64,000 bases of DNA from Trichodelitschia bisporula (taxonomy: Eukaryota), in the NCBI GenBank assembly GCA_010356995.1, contig ML996692.1:817933-881932 (forward strand). Direction: 5' to 3'. The translations under genes and the position numbers were made by a program. Positions 38,688 through 52,936 of the stretch are shown one piece after another (the first letter of the stretch is position 1; each line of letters begins with the position of its first letter). The notes beneath the pieces are model-generated. The model made no database searches and was not told the origin of the DNA. It saw only the letters and a list, made by a program, of their open reading frames with translations.

Positions 38688-40340
38688 CTAGACAAACGTC
38701 CTCCCAACCTCCCCACTAAACCGCCTCCCAACCTCAAGCGCAAAGCTCATCTCCTCATCCTCGTCTCCGCCCTCGAACTCCATCTCCCCAACATGCACAA
38801 AACCAAGCCCGGCACCAATCACGCCCTCTGCGCGTCTAATCGAACTTCCTGGCGTCCAGCCACTCTCAATGGTCACTGCAGTGCTCGGTGAATAGTCACT
38901 CATCACATCATCGGTCAGCCCAGCGTCAGACAGTGTCTCGCGATCTGACGTATAGGCTGGCGGTGCTCCACCGAAAGAAGCCTCACTCCTGTATTCCGGC
39001 AGCGAAGAAGTGCGGCTTAGAGGCGACGGTGGCTCAGCGAGGCTGCCAGTATCAGACTCCGGGTCTTCAAAGGGGTTGTAGGGGATCCAGCCGGGAGGGC
39101 CACTGGGAGCCCGGGCGTGTGGCAATGGAGGGTAGAAGGCGGAGATGTTAGAGGGGAACAAGGGTGGGGGGGAGGGTGCGTGGGGCGTGTGATGGGGGCC
39201 GTGGATGGCGGGGTGGTGGAGGCGGCCCTCTTCGGCGCGGATCAGGTCGTCAACCGCATTGCGCGTGGTTCGTAGCTGCCGGATTTCTTCCTGGACCTTG
39301 AGCTGGTGGATCTCGTCCTGCATTGCGGCTTCGAGAACAGTTTCCTGCGCGGTTACGAGCCGACGCTTTTCGTTGTACCTGGGCTCGGGGATCTCGGTGC
39401 ATATGGACCGACCGCGCCGGCTGCGTCGCGGGGACAGGGGAGGGGAGTCATGTGAGGACTTGCGTCGGCGGCCGCAGCAACAGCAGCGCCGGAAGAGGGC
39501 GAAGATGAATGCGAGACCAGTGACGGTGAAGAGGGCTTTCCAGAAGACTTCCGTGCGGGAGGGGGAGTGGGCCTCGCGCCAGTCGGGATTGGGCTGCTGA
39601 GTGGAAGATGTGGGGGGAGCAGTGGAGGTGGGTGTTGCCTTTTCAACGTCGGTCACAGCGGTAGGTGTGGCTCTATATGTCTCCTTCGGGGCACTCTCAC
39701 GGCAGAGACAATCCGCGGGGACCTGAGGGGAAGCCGACTCCATGGCTGCGGGGGACTGATCACCGGAGAAGTACCAGTGAGGGAGGTAGTCCTGGAATCG
39801 GTGGTGATGGAGACGGTGGCACTTGAAATGGCCCAGGACACCGCGTACCGAGAGGTTCGCCTGGTGGACGATGGTCTGAACGACGCACGCGAAGCTGTCG
39901 CACGAGTGGATTTCCTCCTTCAGAGACTTGAAGGTAGTCAGTAAGTGTGGTCTTGGAGGTGGCAAAAGTGGACCGCTCTGCGGTACCTGGGGAGAAAGGG
40001 TACTAGGACGGGGAGGGATGTGAGGTGTGTTGTGGGGAAGGTCACGTACAAATGGTTCGGATTCAGGGTCAAGGGTGGTGGTGTTGGTGGTGCAAGTAAC
40101 GAATGTGGTTGCCTGGACGCTACCGCTGTCTAGAACGGTGGGAACAAGCCGTTAGCATTTCTTGTTCCGAACGTGGCTAACGGGAGAAAGATGATGGGGC
40201 GAATCCATATACATACCTGACGTGACACTGGGAATAGCGGCAACAGTGAAGTCAGCCGTGGCCGTACCAGTGGGAGCGGGACGGGCACTGGCTGCTGCAA
40301 CGAAGGCAACGAGGAACAGAGAACGCTTGGAGAAGGACAT
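38688..40340 (-). CDS. Uncharacterized single-pass membrane protein with signal peptide
   Basis: MSFSKRSLFLVAFVAAASA signal; two GT-AG introns lead into the 425-aa ORF. TM segment FWKALFTVTGLAFIFALF followed by RRCCCCGRRRK, a coiled coil, and LPEY/PPAY motifs. Confidence 0.7.
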
Positions 40341-41518
40341 GAATGAAAAGGTGCAATCGGATGTAGCTACGACGGCGGTGTCTAAGCAAAAGATGTGCTT
40401 AATGCGAATCCCCCGAGGAAGGGAGATGCAATCAACATGTCACGGATGGGTTGGTGAGGAGGAGGAGTGGGGAGTGGGGAGTGGGGAAAGAGAGAGAGAT
40501 GTGAGAGATGTGAGAGATGTGAGAGGTGAGATGAGACGGAAGGTGGTGGGTGAGTGGGAGGGGGACTGAGTGGGAGGATTTGGGGGTGTGTGGGGAGAGG
40601 GCAGGACGGAAGGCGCGACGGGAGAGGAAGAGAGGGCACAAGGCTCGCGAGGGAGTTGTGGCTGCTGGTCCAGGATTGAAGTACCAGGAAGAGAACGAGA
40701 GAAAGGCCAGATGGTTCAACTACTCCGTATACATTATCAGATCAACCAACGTGACTATAACTGGTCTTTTCCCTTCCTCCTCTCTGATCTCTCCTCCCTC
40801 CTCCACGTCCAAGATGTGCAGGGCCAGGGTAAGCAGGCTGAGCAAGAGAGTCAACAACCCCTGTGGGTATCTGACCGGCCACCTCTTCGTTTAGCCTTCG
40901 TCCTCTTGTTGGACCTCTGGTCTGTGATGCGCTATCAAGTTCTCGTGTCTGCAAGACATGGGGTTTCGACGGAACACACGGGAAAGATATGGGTGTGGAA
41001 GTACGGATGCACTCCGTAGTGGGGATCTCCCTTACCATAAGCCTTTGCAGTACCATTCCACATTGTCGAGAAGCAATAGGAAGTGTGTTCAAGCATTCCA
41101 GCCCAGCTCAATTCCTAGTCGATCAAACTCCATCCAGGCAATTCCTCCCTCCGCTGCCCTGCCCTTCGAAGAAGATTCAGGTGATACCTCCGTAGATTGC
41201 TCTTCCCCTCATTGTCAACCGAAAAGCCCCAAAAGCCTAAATTGGGGGCGGAGGCGCAGCAGTTGAAGCTCGGAGCAGCACCTGGCCTGAAACGAAGCTC
41301 CAAAGCCCCAAACCCATCCCAGTATCTTTCGGAGCTTTCCCCGCCGTTTTTCCGACGTCCCCCCCCCCCCCCTGCCACAAACGCCAATCCCCCGTATCGA
41401 GCAAGCCTCAGCGAGCTCAAGCCACCATCGCCGTCCAAGCTCTATCAACATCGCAAAAACCGCCTCCCCGAAACACCACTCCACTCCATACTCCGTACTC
41501 CCCATACAGTAACAATCA

Positions 41519-42002
41519 ATGGTACCTCCTCTCTCCCCTGCCCTCCCACCAGGCTAATATTCTGCAGCTCCCCCTCGGCCTCCTCACCGCCGCCCAAGGC
41601 CACCCAATGCTCGTCGAGCTCAAAGACGGCGAAACCCTCAACGGCCATCTCGTCTCCTGCGACACATGGATGAACCTAACGCTCAAAGAAGTCGTGCAGA
41701 CCTCGCCCGAGGGCGACCGCTTCTACCGCCTGCCCGAGGTGTACGTTAGGGGAAACACGGTAAGACGCGTCGACGTGCTGCAGAGGGAAAGGCACTGATG
41801 TCGAGCCCAGATCAAGTACCTCCGTGTTCCCGAGGAGATCATCGATGTGGTCAAGGAGCAGCAGCAGCGCGACCAGGCCCACCGCGCTGCCCAGCGGGGG
41901 GGCATGCAGCAGCGTGGAGATCATGGGTCGCGCGGAGATCGCGGCGGAAGAGGCGGAAGCCGCGGTGGGAGGGGGAGGGGAAGAGGCCGTGGCAATGCGT
42001 GA
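41519..42002 (+). CDS. LSM4: U6 snRNA-associated Sm-like protein LSm4
   Basis: ATG, intron 41522-41567, [28 protein letters not shown]...YVRGNT, intron 41760-41810, IKYLRVP, then an RGG tail. Confidence 0.95.
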
Positions 42003-42455
42003 GCTAGCATGTGCTTCTGCTTGTTCGCGCTTGCTTGTGTACTCGCTCATATCTGGAAATACCCTTCTTTCAAACGGCGTCACGGGGCGGAAAGGAAAGC
42101 GAAGGTGGGCAGGGCTAGGCTAAATGTGGGTGGGCTTCAAATGCATCACCTTGGTCGACGTTCAAATCGCTACTATTTCGCCTGCCTGCTGAGCAAGTAG
42201 CGCTGACTGTTGATCGCCTTAGCCTGCGCCTTGCATATCATTCCGCCTGATATGTATCACGTGTGCGCGCTCATTGCATGCCATCCGCGAAGAAGTGTGA
42301 TACCATACATCGAGGCTTAGGAAGCCAGTCAATTCCCTATCACCGTAGATCGTACATGCTTAAAAAGCGATCCCGTAGCCCCATGCACCCTTCACTTGAT
42401 CCCGAACGCCTATACGCCTACATTTTAGCCCCCCAATCCCGATGCTCAAGCGCCA

Positions 42456-43895
42456 TCAAGTAGCAGCAGCAGCAACGTCCGTCTTGGCCTTCTTCGTCTC
42501 GTTGCCCTCACCATTGTCTTCACGAGCCCGCTTCTTCGGTGACGGAGGCGTGGTCTGCACGACGGGCACGCCGCTAGAGATGGTCAGCTCGTGATCTTCC
42601 GCTAACCAAGGCATATTGACTCACTTGCTGTCAACCTTGGGCTTCAGCTCCCCATTATCCTTCTTCTCGCCATTGCGCTCCCGGAATCCGTTCTTCTGGA
42701 AGTCGTCACGGTTCCTCTTCCAGTCCCCACCATCGCGATCACGGTGGCCACCACGTCCCCCGCGGCCGCCGCGGCCGCCCCGACCACCACGCCCCCCACG
42801 ACCGCCGCGGTCGTCACGACCACGGCCACGACCCCGGCCACCATCACCGAACTGTTTGCGCGGCTGGGCGGGCTTGATCTTCCCCTCCTGGATCTCTTTG
42901 ACCTTCATGTCACAATAGTCCTTCTTGCTCATGATCTTGAGCTCAATATCCTTCCACTTAGGCTTCGGGTCCAGGGCCAGGAACTTCTGCGCAAGCTCCT
43001 CAGTCTCGAACTCGACAAAGACGGAGCCCTTGAAGACCTTCTCAGGGGGTGGGGTGCGGCGCATGCGAATTTGATTGATCGGGCCATAAGGCTCGAAGAA
43101 CGCTTCGATGTCAAACTGAGTGGTCTCTTGTTCCCAGCCGAAGCCCTTGGCGTAGATAGACCGCGACATGGACTTGCCCTCGTAGACCTTGACCAGATCT
43201 TCCGAGTCTTTGCCCTCCGCGATCTCGAGCGGTACACGGCGGCGAACCTCCTCATCATTGACAACCTCGAGAACCTTGCTCTCCTTTAGCGCAGAGACGA
43301 CGGCGGAGAAGGGTTGGAAGCGCTTCATGCGCTTGAAGCTGTGGATAAGCTTGATGGGAACGGCCTTGTTCTCGGCACCTCCGACCTGTGAAAACAGATA
43401 CTTGTCCTGAACAAGGTTGGAGTCGGAGAAGTAAAATTCCACCTGCGGTGTGTTAGCTTGCACGCACAGCGCATAACCACGGTAACCTTACCTGCTTCAG
43501 AATTTCATCAGGATCGCTGCTCTCGGGCAGGTTGTCGTAATTGGTTCTCTGGAACTTTTTCGCCGGACGCCCACTCTCGCGGGAGTCGGCACTGCGCTTC
43601 TGGCCGGGCTTTGCCTCGTCCTTCGATTCGGTCGCGGCTTCGGGAGCTACGGACGGTAAGAATAGGGAACGGCACATTAATCGGTGGGCATACCTGGAGC
43701 CTTGACCTCTCCACCCTCAAGGTTTTCAGTACCCGCGGAAGCATCCTCCTCCTTCTTGATGGACTTGACCTCAGTGGTGGACGCGGTGGGCGCGGCAGAC
43801 TCGACGGGTGCAATCTCTGCGGCGGGAGCCTCTACAACCTTGGTCTCCTCGACCTTCGGCGCTTCAACGGTAGTGGTAGGCTCCGGAGAACCCAT
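42456..43895 (-). CDS. LHP1: La autoantigen homolog (La motif, RRM, RGG, C-terminal NLS)
   Basis: Spliced ILKQ|VEFYFSDSNL..DKYL (La motif), RSIYAKGF and FKGSVFVEF (RRM), RGG repeats; last exon KKRARE...KKAKT; three introns. Confidence 0.93.
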
Positions 43896-44417
43896 GGTCG
43901 AATTATGGAGAGAAATTTACGGAGTAGTTGTGGAACTGAAAGTGTTTGTTGCGGGGGAGGAGAAGTTCTTAAGACGCGGAAAATGTCGATGGTGATTGGA
44001 GTGGGAGGAAGGGCGGGGCATGAAATTTAACGTCAAGGCTGCGGAGCTCGGGCCACTGGGGTCTAGTTCTAGTTCTAGCCGTCCAGCTGCTGGGCGATTG
44101 CGATGCTCTGCGACGCGTATATAGGGCCACAGAAGTGAAAAATTATTCTTTTAGCTCAGCAAGTGGCTTTCGGATGCGGAGGAAATGCCGTTTATAAGGT
44201 GATCGAAAATTGGTTCAGTGGTGATTCATTTCTGGCTGGAGTCACACTAGCAGTTGCCGCGCAAGTCACTTCTCAAGCCTGCCAAGACCGTCTCTCCGAC
44301 CGCCGAATACATTTTCTCTTCCGGCCCGTCTTGACATCCGAACTTATCGACTTTCTTTCTCGCAGACCACTGACAACGGTATAGTAGAAGGCCGGCTTGT
44401 GTAAACTGCTGTCCATA

Positions 44418-45766
44418 ATGGTGCGCAAACGGTTTCACGGGTTGAAGAAACCGGTAAGCTGCACATATCCCCCCACTCATGTCGCAATTGCCACATCTAA
44501 CATGTTGCCATTCCTAGAAAGTCCGCCAGTCATGGAACAAGTTCAACCTCTACAACCTCGCGCGCCAGGAGAACCTCAAGACACACGCCTTGACCTTCTT
44601 CCAGCAGAAATGGGCTGCCAAATCTATGACCAGAGCTTACCACGGCGAACAGATCCGTGAGCGGCAATGGACGCGGATGTTCAAGCGATACATACCCGCC
44701 GTGGTGGAGATGGACGCTGCAGAGCTTGCCAAAAACGACGGTACAGAACAGGCTGCTGGCCGTGGAACAGGGAAGGTGGAGCGGCCTGACGGACGCCGGC
44801 GATTTAAGCCGAAACCGACACCTTACATGAACATGACTTACTATCCGACTGAGCGGCGACTGGATACTGCTATTTTTCGGGCACTGTTTGCCAGCAGCAC
44901 ACGGCAGGCTAGGCAATTTGTCGTCCATGGCTATGTCAAGGTCAATGGCAAGAAGGTACGTTGCATTCGGTGGTCTGGCTCAGCTCTGACGAGTGCAGAT
45001 GCCCTACCCCGGCTACCTCTTGAATCCCGGCGACATGTTCTCCGTTGACCCTGAGCGCGTCATGTTTGCAACCGGAGCTCCAAAAGGCCAGGCAGTGGCG
45101 GACAGGGACGACCTGGAGGATGTAGAGGAGACGGAGAATGGCGCGGAAGAGCCCGTAGAAGAGGAGGAGGTTGGCGAAGCTGAGGAGACGGACGCCTCAT
45201 CCGAGGTCAAGGCACGCAAGGACAAGCTCAAGGCCTTGATCGGCGCTATCGACGAATCTCTCCTCGACAAGAAGGACCTCTCCGGCCGCCGCCTGCAAGA
45301 GCTACGCACCCTACGCAAAGAGGCCAAGAAGGCCATGTCCCGGTCAAAGCACCTGACGGACGAGTCTCTCTCCGAGCTCGAGTCGCAGCACGCGGCCATC
45401 GTCGAAAAAATCTCACAATCCGAAGGGAGTGCCGAGGTACCCGAGGCCGAAGACGCCAAACCCTCCATCGATACTTCCGTTGTCGCCCCTCGCTACAAAT
45501 CCGCAGCCCCCCCGACCCACCTCGACCTTCTCAACAGATTACCTAACCCTCGCGACCCGACCAAGCCGTACGCTACCCCCTGGCGACCGCGCCCCTACAT
45601 GTCGGCCTTTGCCTTTATTCCGCGCTACCTGGAAGTTAACCAGAACGTGTGCTCAGCCGTGTACCTTCGGCATCCGGTGGCGCGACCTGGATTGGCTGAG
45701 GTGCCTACCCCGTTCGCCAGCGAGGTGAACACATTGGCTTTCCAGTGGTACTTGCGGAGACGATAG
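44418..45766 (+). CDS. NAM9: Mitochondrial small-subunit ribosomal protein uS4m
   Basis: [53 protein letters not shown] (S4 domain), [16 protein letters not shown]. Confidence 0.93.
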
Positions 45767-45998
45767 ATCATCAGCATATGTTTGGGAAGCCACAAAGGCT
45801 CTGTGATTATGCTTGTACGATTATGAGGTCCTGGATGCATTGTAGAAAAGGGGACACATGGCGCTGAAAAGCCGTTGAACATATGCGGACTCAAGTCGAG
45901 CCCGTCAATTGGCATGCATGCATGGGATGGTTGTACATGATATATACCTCTCCAACATTGTTCAAGACCCATTCAGTTTCTGAAACCGAGCGGGTGCT

Positions 45999-48888
45999 TT
46001 ATCGTAGAGGCACATAAACCCCATTCATCTCCAGGGCCAGAACCAGCCTCTCCACCGTATTCTCCTCCGCACTCGCCCCCTTCCCGAACCCATCCCGTCC
46101 CCCACCACTGCCATTCCCATGACCATACCCCCTTTTCCCTACTAACCCCCGACAAACCTCCAAAAACAATCCCACCCGCCCCTCAAACTCCCCATGCAAA
46201 GCCCCGATTCTCTCCTCGAACACCTTCCCCACCGCCTCGGTCTCATTACACGCTTGCGCGAATCGCAACACGGACGCATAAATATCCTCGAGAAGTTGCA
46301 TAACTTGCCGTTGCCGCTGCCGCAGCAAGCACGCAAACAGCATTCGGTCAAGACACAACTCCAGCCGCCGGCGCACATCTTCTATGCCCTCCGAAACCCG
46401 CTCCGCTACTTCACCGCTTTCGTCCTCTGCCCGCAGCGCACTTTCCACCCCGCCTAGCCACGCCGCGAACCCGTCCCACGTCTCCGCCACGCCGGTGTCG
46501 ACGAAATATGACCCCGTCCGCGTGACGAAGTGGTGTGCCTGGATGCGGAACTGCGCGGCGCGACCGCGGACATGCCGCGGAAGGTGCGCGACCACGAACT
46601 GCAGCCGGGCCAAACGGAGGAGGAACTTGAACAGCACGTCGAGCTTGTCCAGAATGACAGGGGTGAGGACTGTACCGAGGGGAGACGGTGGCGCATATTG
46701 CAGGCGCAGAAAATCGAGCGCGTAAAGTGAGTGCGGGTCGAGGACCTTCTCCGCCTCGGCATCGGACAGGTTACGCACTGCGAAGGAAAAGTTTCCGGGA
46801 AGATCCGATTCCGCTGTCGTACGCGAAGACCGCGTGGCGCGAAACAGTGGCGATGCCTGGTAGCAGTCCCCCAGGATGCCCATCAGCGCAAGACGGAGCT
46901 CGGAGCTAGCGGGCGGCCAGGTGGAGCGGGCGCCAACCTTGAGGCCCATGTTTGTTGCGGCGCGGAGGACGCCGCGGCGATGTTCGGTTGTGCTGGCTTC
47001 GGGATCGAAGAGAGCAGAGGTGAGCCGCGCAGCGAAGACGCCATCGCGGAAGAGGTGGAAGCTACGCTGCAGGTCGAGATGCGTGCGGAGGCTGTGGGCG
47101 CGGAAGAAGAGGCGGATGCTGGCGGCGTTAACGAGGCGGGCTTGGGTGGCGAGGAGGGGGGTGAAGGAGAGGAGGGAAGCGAGGGAGATGGGCGGGGCAA
47201 AGGTTACGGTATCGGAGGTGGAATCGAGGGAGGAGGCGTCTTCTTGCGCATGAGAAACAATGAGGCCGTAGAGTTCATCGGATGGACTTGCAACAGGAGG
47301 CGGGAGATGTTCGAAGGTCTGGATGGGCTCCAATTGAAGAAAGTCCACGGCATCCATAGTGGCTTTTCCTTTTCCTTTGATGTTGACTAGGCTCTTTGGC
47401 TCTGCCTGGAAGGAAGCCGGTTGCTCACCCTGCTGACTCCATTGATTGAGGGCATCTTTCAAACTCCTTTCGTATGCCTCTGCCTTCTTCACAACGTCAT
47501 CCACATCCCGCCAGCTAAACTTCCACTGGAGGGAGGGAGCGCCAACGCTTTCGTGAGGTTGCTGGGAAATAGGGTGATCAGGATGATGGGAGCGGAGGAA
47601 GCGTAAGCTACGCCCAACCTCATACATCATCTGTCCGTCCTCAGGCGATATGAACTCTGGCACTCTTTCTGGTCGAAATATGTACTCAACTTCCCTTGTG
47701 CTGGTATCTTTCTCGTCATTCTCCCAGCCCACAAATGAATTGCCTTGCTCTCCGTGACCGAAGGTAAAGCCGATATCCGGTCTGAAGCCAACCCACTGTT
47801 CTACCAGTTCGAGCCACGGGCTGCTGACGCGCTTCAAAACCTCGAGTAAGATAAAACGCAACCAGTCCGGCTCTTGTTCACAGTGTTGGCAGCGCTTGAA
47901 CATCATAGCCGCCATCTCTTCGTTCGAAGTCGCCGTTCGCATCAACTGGACGACCTCGTAAAGCTCGCTGAGGATCCTTCGGGGCCGGCTGTAAGCTTGC
48001 TGCAAGTGGAGCAAACTGTGAATTTGCGTCCGGTGCTCGCTGAGCTGCATTTCCAAAGCTGATAGTACGCTGGAGACGGCATTCGCTAAAGCGACACGGC
48101 CGGGGAACGACGATCTCGAGGCGTATGTCCTCTCAACGAAGTCTCTGAGACGTGCAACCATTGTCCCACACGTTGTCATATCTGCGATAATACCTTGTGA
48201 TGACTCCACGCTGCATCCCGACATGCGCCCCCCCTTTATGCGCTGTATGAAGGTCTTCTTCTTGACGTCATATCCGAAAATGACGGACGAACGTCCAAGA
48301 CCAAGGGCGAAGAGCGAATTCACCAGCGTAGTTGACTCGATGACGTTTCCGGCATCCACAGGCTTGCCCTTTTGTTCTGCCCAACTTTGTAACGTAGCGT
48401 CGAACGCGCCAGCACCGGCCTCCGAAACGTACGGAGAGCGGGGCTCAACGAATCCGGGTTTGAGAAAAGACTCCCAGGTGTGGTATTTCACATCTTCCTT
48501 GGCAGAGTCCTTCTGTATGGCAAGTCCCCAAATGTCCTCTTCATACTCATCTTTTGACGTCTGATCCTCAGAGACGGAGGATATCGCGGACCCTTCCGGC
48601 GCGGAAAGGTCTTCGAGCGGTCCAAATTCAAAGGTTTCGAGGTCGGGTAGTTTCAAATCATCTTCCAGACTGATATGAGGCGCATAGGGGTTTTGGATCT
48701 TTATGGATGGAACTGAGAGAGAGGTTAGTGCGCGAAAAGACGCGTGTGTGGGGAAGCGCGACGGAAGGCCTACTGTCAAGTTCCAGCGGAGTAAACAGCT
48801 CGGAGGATTCTGGCTTTAGAATACTGAAAATTGAGGGACGCCATAGTCCAATGGAGGTAAAGGGATCGTCTAAGTCTCTGATTTCCAT
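45999..48888 (-). CDS. Gamma-tubulin complex component, Spc97/Spc98 family (GCP6/Alp16-like)
   Basis: About 940 aa after one intron. WPPASSELRLALMGIL, ALDFLRLQYAPPSPL...FKFLLRLAR (GRIP2 region). Confidence 0.85.
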
Positions 48889-49377
48889 CTTAAAGGCGAG
48901 ACTCCACTGTTTGTAGCCTAGAGTCCATGAGTTTGACGCCGTTGCGGTCGAAGCCGACGATACATGGTCTGTGCACTAATCCTGCCCCACGCCAAGATAT
49001 ATGCCGCCCACGCCGCCCAGGTGCCCTTGAACCAAGAGGCCAAGGGGACATCGACGGTCGTGTTCGACCAAATTGTCGTCCCATGGTCGCAAGGGGCTCG
49101 CATAGGCTTTGTTAAGTTTCAATGGCCGTGGAGCTCATACTTTGATGTCCAACCTAACCTTGAGATACAACCACCATCTCACTTGCACAAGGGATCTTCC
49201 TGCATACTCGAGGACCTCATGGGCGCAACATGTAGCAAATTCGATACATATCAAGTACATTCGCTCCCATTTTCTAAGACTCAAGTCAGATCTTGAAGCA
49301 CCGACGCCGTACATTTCCCCTTGGGTATACCCTCCATGTCAACGCCATGCTAACGCCCAAAACTGAAGTCAAAACAT

Positions 49378-50733
<1,356 letters not shown>

Positions 50734-51736
50734 TTTGTTGCTAGCAGAGGAAATCCTTGGCTAGCTACGTGATGGTGCGAGAAACTGGCGTCGGTTGGGA
50801 TGAGACGTCCACACTTGACACCAAGTGGCGATGTTGTCGTTGATGGAGGTTGTGGTACTGGTCACGTGTGTGAATGTGGTGGCAGGGATTGTGGAGGAAA
50901 ATGCGGCGGTGGGTGTGGCTGGTGATGCGGAGGTAAATGTGGCGGTGACTGTGGCGGTACTTATAGCACCACTTTTGAGGCTTGGCGTGGAGCACAGACC
51001 AAAGGTGACCCGAAAATGTCATGGCCACTACACCCCGCAAAGACGCCCAAGAATGCGGCTATGACTTTTTCAGGCGGCCCTTGGACAATGGAAACGTCGC
51101 CAGACACGATGAGTATCGTGTCTCTCCTCGCGCAATTGACTTATCAACCAATTAGCCTCCACATACTGCCGATGCTCTAACGTGCGGCTGGACATAAGGA
51201 AACCTCAGCGCACTTTCTTGTAGTTCTCCCATGTCTTCCTTCATCCCACTCGCGCGCGTGGCTGTCGGTGATCAGCCGTACGAACCGTTTGTTTCCAAGA
51301 ACAACCAGTTCATTGTCGCCTTTGTGCTGCTTCTTATCTGTACGTAGCCAATGGTGGCATGGGTTTCGCTTGCTAATGGACGGTCTAGCCCTTACGCTGT
51401 CTGGTGTGTTCGCATTGAGTATGGAAACCGAACACCCGTCTCGCGCAGCCTTTAATTGACCCTACTGCAGACCGCTCTCTCATCAGCCTGCCGGTAGTCG
51501 GTGTCCCGGCTTCACTTGCATTTGGGTAATGGTTCTGAGTCCGCTGCCCGTCGCCCACCACTGATGTGCTGCAGATTTGGCGCGGTTTACATGATGTGCG
51601 CCGTGGGTGTCTACGTCTAGATTCAGTGCCCGCTTCCGACGACCCCCCCCGTGTATACTATTCAATAGATCGGCGCTGGTGGAATACCCGATTGCAGTTG
51701 CTTGCCCTCAGCGACGTCAGAGGATCTTGAGTCACC

Positions 51737-52813
51737 ATGTCCGACACGCAGAGTCGTCCCATGTTCAGTGCTGTTTCTGGATCTGCTCGACAGCTTTTTC
51801 TTCTGCTCCGATGCATTGGCTTCTCTCCCAAGACACGAGTCCAAATAACCGAAGATGAGTTGCGATTTATCGCTGAGGAGGGGGGTGTAATGCAAGGTGC
51901 TTAGCAATGACGCTTCTTGATTTCCAAACTGACAATGCCAGGGACGGCCATCCTCCAAAAGGCGCTCTTCACAAGTTTCCAGTTCACACCGCCGGCTTCC
52001 CATGTGCATGAAGAGGGCCACGAAGATGGCGAAGCCGACGCCGACAAATTCATTGTGTTTGAAATCTCCCTCTCTGCTCTTCTTGACACCCTACAAATCT
52101 TCGGCCTCGGCGATTCAAAATCCTCCACCTTCAACCGTGATCCGTACACCAGTACTGCCTTCTCCGCTCCCGTTCTCGGAGTCACTGGTCTTTGTCGGCT
52201 TTCTTACGCGTCTGTTGGCGCACCTTTCACTATCGTCCTGCAAGAGTCAGGCATTACCACCACCTCCGAGCTTGTCACGTACGAGCCCTCCTCCAATGCA
52301 GCGGATATCCCGTTCACTCGCGACCAAATCGCCATCAAAGTTATCATGAGGGCCGCTTACTTATACGATGCGATTTCCGAGCTCGCCTCTGCGAATCCCG
52401 AACGTCTCGTGCTCGCCGCGGACGACAGTACCTTCACCCTCTCCGCATCCAGCTCCTTGGGAAGCGCTGTGGTCGAATTTCATCGCGATAATTCCCGGTC
52501 TCAGTACGCTTCTACCGTCGATCAGCCTGGTGCTGGTGTAATGGAGACCTTCTTCGTACCAGAAGAATTTAAACAAGTTTATCATTTTTCCCGTGTGGTG
52601 GGAGTAAAGAAGGCGCTCTCCGTCGCGAGCAAGGTCAGCGTACGGGCCGATAATCAAGGCGTGCTGAGCCTGCAATTCATGATCGAGAATCTGGAGGGTG
52701 GTGGAGTTAGCTTTGTTGACTTCCGTTTCATACCTCTCGCCGATGACGAAGATGGATCGGAGAGCGACAGGGACTACGAGGAGGGTGAGACCGCGGAGAC
52801 AGCGGATGAATAA
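51737..52813 (+). CDS. rad1: 9-1-1 checkpoint clamp subunit, Rad1/Rec1/Rad17 family
   Basis: MSDTQSRPMFSAVS..ARQLFLLLRCIGF, intron, ...ISLSALLDTLQIFG...ASKVSVRADNQGVLSLQFMIE...FVDFRFIP, acidic tail. Confidence 0.9.
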
Positions 52814-52936
52814 TGAGCATATTCAACTCTGATATCGATTACTTTTGCCTTCGCATACCATTTGGCCTTACTATGAACTCGAATGACGCCCAAGTTCAAC
52901 AACAACTTGCACCTGATCACCAAAGCCTTCGCATGA

